A DNA stretch of 64,000 bases from Bacteroidales bacterium UBA2939 (GCA_002349055.1 DECD01000024.1:10503-74502); one strand, 5' to 3'; shown: positions 36,446 through 44,101, numbered from the stretch's first letter. The notes: generated by a model not told the origin, from the letters alone. Translations and numbers: made by a program.

Positions 36446-39400
36446 TTATTGTATCGTTACTGTGGTGGCGCCGGAGACGGTGCCTCTGTTGCCGCCGGCG
36501 AAGACGTTGCCACGCACGTAGGTGTTACCTTGGAGGAGGACCGAGGTGGTGGCGTTGGCAGGGGTGGTGTTGTAGACCGTGCTCTCGTCGCCGCCGCCAT
36601 AGACGTTACCCGTGGTGGCATCGCCCTGAGTGCCTATCTCGCTGTCACCCTTGATGGTGAGGGTCACGGTGCCGGAGACAGAGCCGAGGTTGGTCTTGCT
36701 GAGGTCGATGTCGGTTGTGACCTTCCCTTCTGCAAACGCAGGATCGAGGCTACCATTTGATGGGAAAGTTCCATTTTTCCACTGGAATGTGGTGGTGCCG
36801 GAAAACACGCCAGGCTCGAATATACCCGCAGCACTGTTGAAATTGGGATTTATCGTGAATCCTTCATTTCTTACTTCAAGCGTAGGCACCGATGCAGAGT
36901 AACCAGCTCCAAACACATTACCTTTTACTGTGCAGCCGTCAAGTTCAGAAGTTACATTGCCCACTACCTTACCCAGGCTACCGCCGCCATAAAAATTGTT
37001 CTCAATGGTGCATCCTTTCAGATTTGACTCCACGTCGTTGCATTGCGCCAGCGAGAAGGAGGCATACTTGATATAGAAGCGGGCACCCGTCTTACCAGAA
37101 CTCCAAATGAAGAACTCGTAATCGAAGTCGGTAGCCACACCAGGACCTTTCTGTCCGTATTTGGTATCAGGGGCATAGGTTGACGTTCCGTCGTAATATT
37201 TACCACGCTCGTTTTGGTGAGAGCCTGGTTTTGTCGGGCAGTAGTAGTATTTCTGCAAATCGTTGAAGTTGTAGTTTATTGCATCGAAATACTTCTTTCT
37301 GGTATAGGACAATCCACCGAAACCGGCACCGAAAAACTTTCCAAAAACACATCCTTCAGCGTTGGTAGTGACCTTTTTCCCTTGTTGCATATTTCCGAAC
37401 TTGGGACCACCGCAGTAGGTGGTCACGTGGCTGTTGTAGATGTCGACGGTGACGTGGCCAGTGATGGGTTTGGCATCGTTGGTGCCGCCGCCGTAGAAGT
37501 TATCGATATCGGCATTGTATATCTGCCACCGCACATTGCCGTTGATTGCTTCCTGCGATGCTCCTGCCACCTCGTGGAAGTAGCCGCCGCTGATGTAACA
37601 TTCGGCGTTGTCATTTCTTACTATAGCATTGGCATTGTAGGTGCCGGTGAGGTAAAATCCGGGGTATTCGCCTCCCGTCACCGACACTGGCACATGGGGT
37701 GTCGACTGGCTACCATCACCATGGGTGCCCATGCCAAATTCATAAATCCACACATTTCCACCTACATGGATATAGTAAACCTTTCCATTAACCTGGTCCC
37801 TCTGAGTAGACACAAACTGGTCGAAGACGCCGCCGAGCAGGATGAGCGGAGCATCTACCTTACCGGAATTATTATTGTTGTCGGAACTGCCCGTATTCTC
37901 GTACTCAAACTGTGGGAAATAAAGCAATGCGGTATTGGTAATTTCGAACCAACCTTTGGTTTTATAGATGGTCATATTGCAAATGAGACTGGCACCATTG
38001 GGTCTCTGGGCCTGAGAGGTGCCGATAACATTGATGAAGTCGTAACGGATAGGCGACACATTCAATCGACCTATATGGTGGTAGATGAGGCTGTAGTCGG
38101 GTTCGTGGTCGTTGTCCGCGTCCACCGACATCATAGTGAAGGGCTTGGTGCCATTCGACGGCACACCGTTCAGGTGGAAGTTTCCGACCAGAACGACCGC
38201 ATTGTCATAGACTGTTGTCCCCGAACCAATACCGGTGATGCTGGTTCTTATTTTTTGACCGTTGAATTGGGTGGTGTTGTCAACAGCCTGGGTACCTGTC
38301 TGGGTGACGTTCTGTTTGCCACCGTAGTCTTTGTTGTACACCACATCGTAGTTAGGGTCGGCAACATATATCGCGTTGCCCCAGTAGGGCTCGATGGTGA
38401 TGGAGGTGACGCCGTAGGGCACGTCGAAGTAGGCCCCTTGCGAGAAGACGCGGTGGCTGACACTGTAGAGGTCCTTGTTCGAACTCTTGCGGTCGGCGTA
38501 GTTGTGGTTGGGGTAGTCGGTGATGCCCGAAGTGGGGTAGTTGGCCGATGTGTAGGGGTCGCCAGCGATGGGGGTGATGGCTGTAATCTTCCAGCCGGTG
38601 ACCGCCTTGTTGCCGGTGTAGTTGCCGGAGCCCACGTCGTTGTAGTAGGGCAGCTGCACCTTGTCGTAGTTGTAGTTGAAGCGGTCGAAATCTTTGTCGG
38701 TGCGGGTAAGGGTGAGGCTGCTGGTGGTGATGCTGGCACCCGAAGGGGCATTGCTCCCCACCCCACTGATGGTCACCGCCAATGTCCGGCCCAACTTGCC
38801 GCCATGATTTCTTCCCACGGTGGCGCTGTCGGGGGCGTTGTCGGTGTCGGGGTTGATGATGGAAGGATAGGTTCCTTGGGCTTTCAGTATGGGATAGGGT
38901 TTGGGATTGGCATTGGTGCGGTCGGCGGTTTCGAGCACCCACTTGGCCATATCACCCGGCGCAACGGTGGTAGTAGCAGTTGAGGCATAGATGGCAGCCA
39001 GCTTCTTGTTGCTGTTGAGCAGCAGGCGATAGAACTCGAAACGGTTCAGGTATTTCTCCTCCACGGCCAGCACGCTATTGTAATTATCCTTGGTGAGATG
39101 ACTGGAGGGCAATTGGTCGTAAGCGTAATAGTTGAATGTATTCAAGCCATCTATCACGTTAGCAATATTTTTGCCTCCATAGACGGGAGATTTGGTAGTG
39201 CCGTCGGTGATGTCGCCGTAGAACATGCAGTTCATCACCATGGTACGAATGTCAGATGCTGTGGAGGCGTAATTGTTGTAGCCCACAATACCACCGACAT
39301 TGGTGCCGCCGGTGATGTTGGCGTAGGAGTAGCAGTTGACGACGCGGGCGGTGCCGCCTAGGGAACCCACGAGGCCGCCAGTGTAGGCGGTGCCCTTCAC

Positions 39401-39805
39401 CGTACCGTCCAGGATGCCGCAGTTGTAGATGCGGGAGGCACCGACAGCGTTGGCGGCGATGGCACCTGCATTGCCTGTGACATTGATAGAAGTGGTACTG
39501 ATAATGACATTCTTGATGACGGCATCCTCGATATAGGTGAAGAGCGGCTTGTCCCAAGTGCCTGTGATGGTTGCCAATTGGCCATCGATGATGCCTTTGA
39601 AGGGGTTGTCGGCAGTGGAGCCGATGCCACCTGACGGTGTGCCTGTTGTGGAGAAATCGCCGGCGAGGACATAATTACCTGTCTGGCTGGTGATATCAGA
39701 GAGATCATGTATCGTCGTCTGGCTCCATGAGGCTGTGGGCAAGAGGGCTGCCAGCAGCAACATCAAGAATCTTGATTTTTGGTTATATTTAACGTTAATT
39801 GCCAT
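36446..39805 (-). CDS. 1119-aa secreted protein: N-terminal GLUG-motif domain, central non-repeat region, C-terminal GGG rungs
   Basis: Complete ORF. Signal peptide ...LLLAALLPTASWSQ. GLUG-like repeats TGGLVGSLGGTARVVNCYSYANITGGTNVGGIVGYNN. It is a paralog of the next gene upstream (shared MVMNCMFYG, LNSNKKL, KWVL, YPILK, GWKIT and EPDY blocks). It ends GNVFAGGNRGTVSGATTVTIQ. Confidence 0.9.
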   Translation of the reverse strand: MAINVKYNQKSRFLMLLLAALLPTASWSQTTIHDLSDITSQTGNYVLAGDFSTTGTPSGGIGSTADNPFKGIIDGQLATITGTWDKPLFTYIEDAVIKNVIISTTSINVTGNAGAIAANAVGASRIYNCGILDGTVKGTAYTGGLVGSLGGTARVVNCYSYANITGGTNVGGIVGYNNYASTASDIRTMVMNCMFYGDITDGTTKSPVYGGKNIANVIDGLNTFNYYAYDQLPSSHLTKDNYNSVLAVEEKYLNRFEFYRLLLNSNKKLAAIYASTATTTVAPGDMAKWVLETADRTNANPKPYPILKAQGTYPSIINPDTDNAPDSATVGRNHGGKLGRTLAVTISGVGSNAPSGASITTSSLTLTRTDKDFDRFNYNYDKVQLPYYNDVGSGNYTGNKAVTGWKITAITPIAGDPYTSANYPTSGITDYPNHNYADRKSSNKDLYSVSHRVFSQGAYFDVPYGVTSITIEPYWGNAIYVADPNYDVVYNKDYGGKQNVTQTGTQAVDNTTQFNGQKIRTSITGIGSGTTVYDNAVVLVGNFHLNGVPSNGTKPFTMMSVDADNDHEPDYSLIYHHIGRLNVSPIRYDFINVIGTSQAQRPNGASLICNMTIYKTKGWFEITNTALLYFPQFEYENTGSSDNNNNSGKVDAPLILLGGVFDQFVSTQRDQVNGKVYYIHVGGNVWIYEFGMGTHGDGSQSTPHVPVSVTGGEYPGFYLTGTYNANAIVRNDNAECYISGGYFHEVAGASQEAINGNVRWQIYNADIDNFYGGGTNDAKPITGHVTVDIYNSHVTTYCGGPKFGNMQQGKKVTTNAEGCVFGKFFGAGFGGLSYTRKKYFDAINYNFNDLQKYYYCPTKPGSHQNERGKYYDGTSTYAPDTKYGQKGPGVATDFDYEFFIWSSGKTGARFYIKYASFSLAQCNDVESNLKGCTIENNFYGGGSLGKVVGNVTSELDGCTVKGNVFGAGYSASVPTLEVRNEGFTINPNFNSAAGIFEPGVFSGTTTFQWKNGTFPSNGSLDPAFAEGKVTTDIDLSKTNLGSVSGTVTLTIKGDSEIGTQGDATTGNVYGGGDESTVYNTTPANATTSVLLQGNTYVRGNVFAGGNRGTVSGATTVTIQ

Positions 39806-39835
39806 TAATTGTCCGTTAATTATTCGTTAATTATT
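39793..39835. repeat. About 11-bp periodic array x4 with core GTTAATT, straddling the start codon of the 1119-aa gene
   Basis: CGTTAATTGCC ATTAATTGTC CGTTAATTATT CGTTAATTATT. ATG 39805-39803 lies at the unit 1/2 junction. Confidence 0.8.
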
Positions 39836-39861
39836 CTTTCTTTGTTCTTTTGCTTGTTTTA

Positions 39862-39909
39862 TTCTCCTGCTCGCCATGCTCACGAAATCTATAAATCTTA
39901 TAAATTTTC
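39862..39909. repeat. Copy 1 of a 48/52-bp direct repeat in the spacer between the two GLUG paralogs
   Basis: TTCTCCTGCTCGC-CATG-CTCACGAAATCTATAAATCTTATAAATTTTC. It shares 13-bp and 31-bp identical blocks with copy 2. Confidence 0.85.
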
Positions 39910-39921
39910 TTTTTCCTCAAT

Positions 39922-39929
39922 CAAAACTA
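39922..39929 (-). promoter_or_regulatory. Candidate -7 box TAGTTTTG upstream of the 1119-aa gene
   Basis: Matches TAnnTTTG on the minus strand, about 117 nt upstream of ATG 39805. I saw no such box in the two downstream 69-71 bp spacers. This suggests the 1119-, 877- and 6966-aa genes are co-transcribed. Confidence 0.3.
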
Positions 39930-40033
39930 AAAAAACTATCAAAATTTCTTGCTACCTGATTTTTTTCTCCGACAGATTGTAAAAGATTTTAAAAGAATTC
40001 ATCACTCATCATTCCTCACTCATCACTTTCTTT

Positions 40034-40085
40034 TTCTCCTGCTCGCGCTCCGCGCTCACGAAATCTATAAATCTTATAAATTTTC
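40034..40085. repeat. Copy 2 of the 48/52-bp direct repeat
   Basis: TTCTCCTGCTCGC-GCTCCGCG-CTCACGAAATCTATAAATCTTATAAATTTTC. Confidence 0.85.
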
Positions 40086-40152
40086 CCGCTACGCGGATTG
40101 CCTCTCAATTCCTAATTTCTAATTCCTAATTCATCATTCCTAGCTACCTGCT

Positions 40153-40185
40153 AATTTTCATTTTTCAATTTTCAATTTTCAATTT
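40153..40185 (-). repeat. Heptamer tandem array (TTGAAAA)n, about 4 units, in sense orientation to the 1173-aa gene, starting 7 nt after its stop
   Basis: The minus strand reads TGA CTATTA AATTGAAAATTGAAAATTGAAAAATGAAAATT. Confidence 0.9.
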
Positions 40186-40190
40186 AATAG

Positions 40191-43100
40191 TCACTCCCCG
40201 CTCCCTATCGTTACTGTGGTGGCGCCGGAGACGCTGCCGTTGTTGCCGCCGCCGAAGACGTTGCCGAGAACATGGGCGCCGTCCTGTAGCTTGACGGTAG
40301 TGTTGCCGTTGACCTTACTGGCATCGCCTCCACCAAATACATTACCGTCAACCTGACTAGTGCCATTAATAGTCAACGCGGTATTATTGTCGACTTCACC
40401 AAGACCCGTAAGGGAAATAGGTGTATAACACTTATATTCACTATCTGCGTTGCTCCAATACGTCGGAGCATTGGTAGAGGCTGTATTGTTATTTTTGTCG
40501 TTCGTCCAACGATAATAACGATCTTCGCCATTGTCCTGGACATAATCCAAATAACCTTGCTCATCAATAAGACCAGCTTTATTACGGGTCGGAACATGTA
40601 CGCTATTAACATCGTGCATTCTGAATCGGGGAATTTCTGCTGAATAACCTCCGCCGAAAACAGAGCCTTTCACATGAGTATTAGTCAGTGTTGATATGAC
40701 ATCGCCATCGACAGTCCCCAGGTTACCCCCACCATAGAAATCGTGTTCAATGGTGCAGTTCGTCAAGGTGTTTGTGACAGTACCCGTGATGGTGGTTCCG
40801 AACTGAGCCCATTGAATGAATGTTCGCGCCACACAGTTTGCATTTAGTCCGTTAGAAGAATTGAATACCTCAAATTCAAACATGTCATGGTAGCCTTTGT
40901 CTGCGTTGTATTGCTTGGTCTTATTTGAAACAGTATTCAATGGGTTAAACACCGTGAATTTGTATGTACCATCCTTCCAGTTAGAAGGCCAACTAATATC
41001 ATTATCAAACATCTGTTCACGATAGTAACTGGTTCCGCCATTGCCGCCACCAAAGAACTTATTAAAGATGGTATTATCTGCTGTTGTCATAACAGTTTTT
41101 CTGGTGCCGCCACTAGGTTTCGTCATCTCGCCAACCATTGGTCCTCCACAGAAAATGCCATAGACGATACTGTTATTGATAGTAACATCAATATTGCCTG
41201 TTACGGGTTTAGCGCCATTCATGCCGCCCCCATAGAATTTTTCTATGATGGCATGGTCAATCTTAAACGTGACATTACCATTCACCTGTTCATAGCCGGC
41301 TCCTGCCACAGTACCGAATCGCCCGCCATTGATATAACAATGGGGGTTGTCTGCTCTGACTGCTAAACCAGGTTGGTATATACCAGAAAGATACAATTCT
41401 GGAAAGTCTCCACCAATCACATTGACAGCACAGTGACGTACAGTAGCATTTGCCGTATTGTTAGAAGCATGATGGCCCGGGGTGAAACGCTTGATGCGAA
41501 AGTGACCGCCCAGAAGGAAATAACTTACTTTATCTTTATTACCATTACAGTAGCGAACCACTATTTGCTCAAAATGACCACCATTAAGGATGATAGGAGA
41601 CTCAACTCTACCAACATCGCCATCATATTCAAACTGCGTGGTATGCATGAACGAAGTTTCTGTGATTTCAAAATGCCCTTGCGGAATAAAGACACCTATG
41701 GCATATGCATTTTGATTCGTTTTAATGGCCAGTCCTAACTCAGGAACTGGCAGAAAATCGAAACGGACAGGATGAATAGCAGGTCGGTCTGTTTTTTGAC
41801 GGAACTGTAATTCCAGGCAATAGTCAGGCTCGTTATCCATATCCTCATCAATACTCATGATGGTAAAAGGACGGCTATTGTTGGCGTTTTTGTCACGTCC
41901 AACACTTTCACTTCGATTCTTGACTTGAACATTACCAACAAGAACAATTGCTTGGTCATAAACCGTTAGAGAGGCACTTTTGGTTAATTTGCCAATAGCT
42001 TCTTGAAGCGTGGTTTGAACGGCTTGACCTTGGAATGTACTTGGCAAAGTGCCAGCGGGTGAAAAGGCTGTTCCATATTCTGCTCCAGAGCTTCCATCTG
42101 CTCCTTGGGCCACGTTCACACGATCCAAACTATGCTCCTTGTTATGCAGATATACAGCTTTGCCCCAGTATGCTTCTATGGTAATGGCAGTCACTCCTTC
42201 CGGCACATAGTAATAACCACCCTGCGCAAAGACACGCCCACTCTTGCTGTAGAGATCTTTATTGGTGCAATTGCGGTCGGCAAAGTTGAAGCCATCTTCC
42301 CAAGCAGTGGTTGATGTAACATCTGGTGTTACGGCAGCAGCAGATACTCCACCGCTTGAGGCAAAAGAATAACCTTTGAAGGTACCGGGGGTGCCTTCAG
42401 ATATACTCGTAATTTTCCAACCTGTCACAACATAATCCTTGTAGTTACCGCCATATCTATCGTCCCACTGGGTTGCAGCATCTGCTGTCGGGTCCCCAAA
42501 CAACTCATTGTAATAGGGCAATTGTATCTTAGCATAGCAATAATCATGGTTCAATGTATCCATATCCATTACAACGACAGACGATAAAGTCGTAGATGTT
42601 GCACCAGTGCCAGCATGTTTGACACCAGCATTGACTGTAACACTGATAGTGCCCAGTTTTTTACCTTGATAAGGCTCGGCCGTTGCCCTACTGACCTTTT
42701 GATTTGTCTTTGGGTTCCATACATATTCGGGATCAGGATTGATAACAGAAGGATACATGCCCCATTCCTTTAAAATGGGATAAGGAGCAATTGATGGATC
42801 GAGCACCCACTTGGCTATTCCTACGGTTTCCACATCCGCATCAGTCGGAGCGGTTCCTGATGTTCCGCTAATCCACCAAGTGCATAGTTTCTTATTGCTG
42901 TTCAATATGCTGCGGTAATACTCAAAGCGAGTCAGATACTCTTCGTCGGCGGGTAAGGTGCAAAAATAGGCAGCAAAATTGGCGTATGAATCATCAAAAG
43001 TAACATCTTCTCCATCGCGATAATAATTATAATTATTTACACCACTTGTACCTGCATTGCTTATTATATTTCCACCATAGACTGGTTTCATAGTTGATGC

Positions 43101-43712
43101 ACCAGTTATGTTGCCGTAGAACATGCAGTTCATTACCATCGTTTTGAGGTTAGACATTGTTGTGGCAACATTGTTATAACCTACAAGTCCGGCTGCAACG
43201 GTGCCTCCGGTAATATTGGCGTAACTGTAACAATTAATGACACGCGCCGTGCCAGCGAGCAGGCCCACGAGGCCGCCGACATTGCCGGTGCCGCCGACGG
43301 AGCCGGAGAGGATGCCGACGTTGTAGATGCGGGCAGCACCACTGGCAGTGCCAGCGATGGCGCCCACATCTGTTCCGCTCGTGATGTTGACATCCTCCAG
43401 CACCAAGTTCTTCACCGTGCCGGTGAGGGTGGTGAAGAGGGGGGCCGAGAGGCCGGAGATGCGGTAGGGCATGTGGGTGGTGGGGTCGATATTGGCCTCC
43501 AGGATGCCGTTGAAAGTGGAGACGCCGGGGGTGCCGACGGAGATGTCCTGCGTGATGACGTAGTGGCCGTCGGGATTGGTTATCGAACTCAACGAGGTGA
43601 TATTCGTCTGCCCCCAAATCACTCCCGGAAACAGGAGTGCGGGCAGCAACAAAAAAATACGCAAAAGGGTCGCGTGTACGTGAAAAATGTTATATAATTT
43701 TTTAAATTTCAT
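40191..43712 (-). CDS. 1173-aa secreted protein, GLUG-motif paralog of the 1119-aa protein
   Basis: Complete ORF. Signal peptide ...FLLLPALLFPGVIWGQ. GLUG-like repeats VGGLVGLLAGTARVINCYSYANITGGTVAAGLVGYNN. It ends GNVFGGGNNGSVSGATTVTIGSGE. There is a sharp GC shift inside the gene (see findings). Confidence 0.9.
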   Translation of the reverse strand: MKFKKLYNIFHVHATLLRIFLLLPALLFPGVIWGQTNITSLSSITNPDGHYVITQDISVGTPGVSTFNGILEANIDPTTHMPYRISGLSAPLFTTLTGTVKNLVLEDVNITSGTDVGAIAGTASGAARIYNVGILSGSVGGTGNVGGLVGLLAGTARVINCYSYANITGGTVAAGLVGYNNVATTMSNLKTMVMNCMFYGNITGASTMKPVYGGNIISNAGTSGVNNYNYYRDGEDVTFDDSYANFAAYFCTLPADEEYLTRFEYYRSILNSNKKLCTWWISGTSGTAPTDADVETVGIAKWVLDPSIAPYPILKEWGMYPSVINPDPEYVWNPKTNQKVSRATAEPYQGKKLGTISVTVNAGVKHAGTGATSTTLSSVVVMDMDTLNHDYCYAKIQLPYYNELFGDPTADAATQWDDRYGGNYKDYVVTGWKITSISEGTPGTFKGYSFASSGGVSAAAVTPDVTSTTAWEDGFNFADRNCTNKDLYSKSGRVFAQGGYYYVPEGVTAITIEAYWGKAVYLHNKEHSLDRVNVAQGADGSSGAEYGTAFSPAGTLPSTFQGQAVQTTLQEAIGKLTKSASLTVYDQAIVLVGNVQVKNRSESVGRDKNANNSRPFTIMSIDEDMDNEPDYCLELQFRQKTDRPAIHPVRFDFLPVPELGLAIKTNQNAYAIGVFIPQGHFEITETSFMHTTQFEYDGDVGRVESPIILNGGHFEQIVVRYCNGNKDKVSYFLLGGHFRIKRFTPGHHASNNTANATVRHCAVNVIGGDFPELYLSGIYQPGLAVRADNPHCYINGGRFGTVAGAGYEQVNGNVTFKIDHAIIEKFYGGGMNGAKPVTGNIDVTINNSIVYGIFCGGPMVGEMTKPSGGTRKTVMTTADNTIFNKFFGGGNGGTSYYREQMFDNDISWPSNWKDGTYKFTVFNPLNTVSNKTKQYNADKGYHDMFEFEVFNSSNGLNANCVARTFIQWAQFGTTITGTVTNTLTNCTIEHDFYGGGNLGTVDGDVISTLTNTHVKGSVFGGGYSAEIPRFRMHDVNSVHVPTRNKAGLIDEQGYLDYVQDNGEDRYYRWTNDKNNNTASTNAPTYWSNADSEYKCYTPISLTGLGEVDNNTALTINGTSQVDGNVFGGGDASKVNGNTTVKLQDGAHVLGNVFGGGNNGSVSGATTVTIGSGE

Positions 43713-43792
43713 TGCTTCCTGTTTTTTTAGTTATACGACAAAACACAATCGCTCAAGCATTTGTGGAGTGCATGGCCATTGTGGTCGGTAGT

Positions 43793-43800
43793 GCAAATAT
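43793..43800 (-). promoter_or_regulatory. -7 box TATATTTG upstream of the 1173-aa gene
   Basis: The minus strand reads AAATTTGTATATTTGCAC, 81-88 nt upstream of ATG 43712. Confidence 0.5.
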
Positions 43801-43812
43801 ACAAATTTTTTT

Positions 43813-43846
43813 TTGAAATTGAAAATTGAAAGTTGAAAATTGAAAA
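43813..43846 (+). repeat. Heptamer tandem array, 5 units (TTGAAA TTGAAAA TTGAAAG TTGAAAA TTGAAAA)
   Basis: Read directly. It lies 13 nt from the -7 box of the 1173-aa gene, on the opposite strand. Confidence 0.9.
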
Positions 43847-43869
43847 TTTCGATGCCCTCCGTACCCTCT

Positions 43870-43902
43870 CTATGAATACGCTATGAATACGCTATGAATA
43901 CT
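43870..43902 (+). repeat. 11-bp tandem array x3 (CTATGAATACG CTATGAATACG CTATGAATACT)
   Basis: Read directly. Confidence 0.9.
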
Positions 43903-43944
43903 CTGACAACGCATCTGTTAAATTTAACTTAAAATCGTCTAATA

Positions 43945-43972
43945 CGCTGTTAAAAAAATCGCTGTTAAAAAT
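43945..43972 (+). repeat. 13-15-bp direct duplication (CGCTGTTAAAAAAAT CGCTGTTAAAAAT)
   Basis: Read directly. Confidence 0.8.
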
Positions 43973-43980
43973 CTTCTCCC

Positions 43981-44023
43981 TATCAACTCCGTGTCAACTC
44001 CGTGTCAACTCCGTGTCAACTCT
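43981..44023 (+). repeat. 11-bp tandem array x4 of the same family (TATCAACTCC GTGTCAACTCC GTGTCAACTCC GTGTCAACTCT)
   Basis: Read directly. It lies 307-349 nt upstream of the tnaA ATG. The CAACTC core is invariant in all eight units of the two arrays. Confidence 0.9.
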
Positions 44024-44093
44024 CACTCGGTAACACACTTTTTTTAACATTTTCCCTTTCCTGCTTTCTCATTTCTCATTTTCAAAAATTTTG

Positions 44094-44101
44094 TATATTT
44101 G
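44094..44101 (+). promoter_or_regulatory. -7 box TATATTTG preceding a 25-codon sORF and hairpin upstream of tnaA
   Basis: TTGTATATTTGCAGCC on the plus strand, 229 nt upstream of the tnaA ATG. Confidence 0.4.

Noticed and set aside
33743-39805. The 1119-, 877- and 6966-aa genes, considered as fragments of one pseudogenised mega-ORF.
   Set aside because: Each has its own start codon and a typical Sec signal peptide. Only one junction is in frame, and the 877/6966 junction is frame-shifted by 2 nt. I retain readthrough at the single TAA only as a low-probability hypothesis (see findings).
39806-40190. tRNA, sRNA or riboswitch genes in the larger spacers: 12476-12770, 39806-40190, 43713-44329 and 56257-56437.
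   Set aside because: I could fold no cloverleaf-compatible GC-rich segments or conserved riboswitch cores by eye. The spacers are dominated by AT-rich tandem repeats. This cannot be excluded without tRNAscan/Infernal.
36446-43712. The GLUG proteins, considered as zinc metalloproteases of the IgA-protease type, which also carry GLUG motifs.
   Set aside because: I saw no HExxH motif in either track translation. I therefore call only the GLUG motif, not a protease function.
40153-43846. Inverted heptamer arrays flanking the 1173-aa gene, considered as the ends of an invertible or mobile cassette.
   Set aside because: The same low-complexity arrays occur at six other places in the window. No invertase or transposase is adjacent, and there are no target-site duplications. 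The orientation of the left array is explained by the stop-codon association. I keep only the GC-chimera observation.
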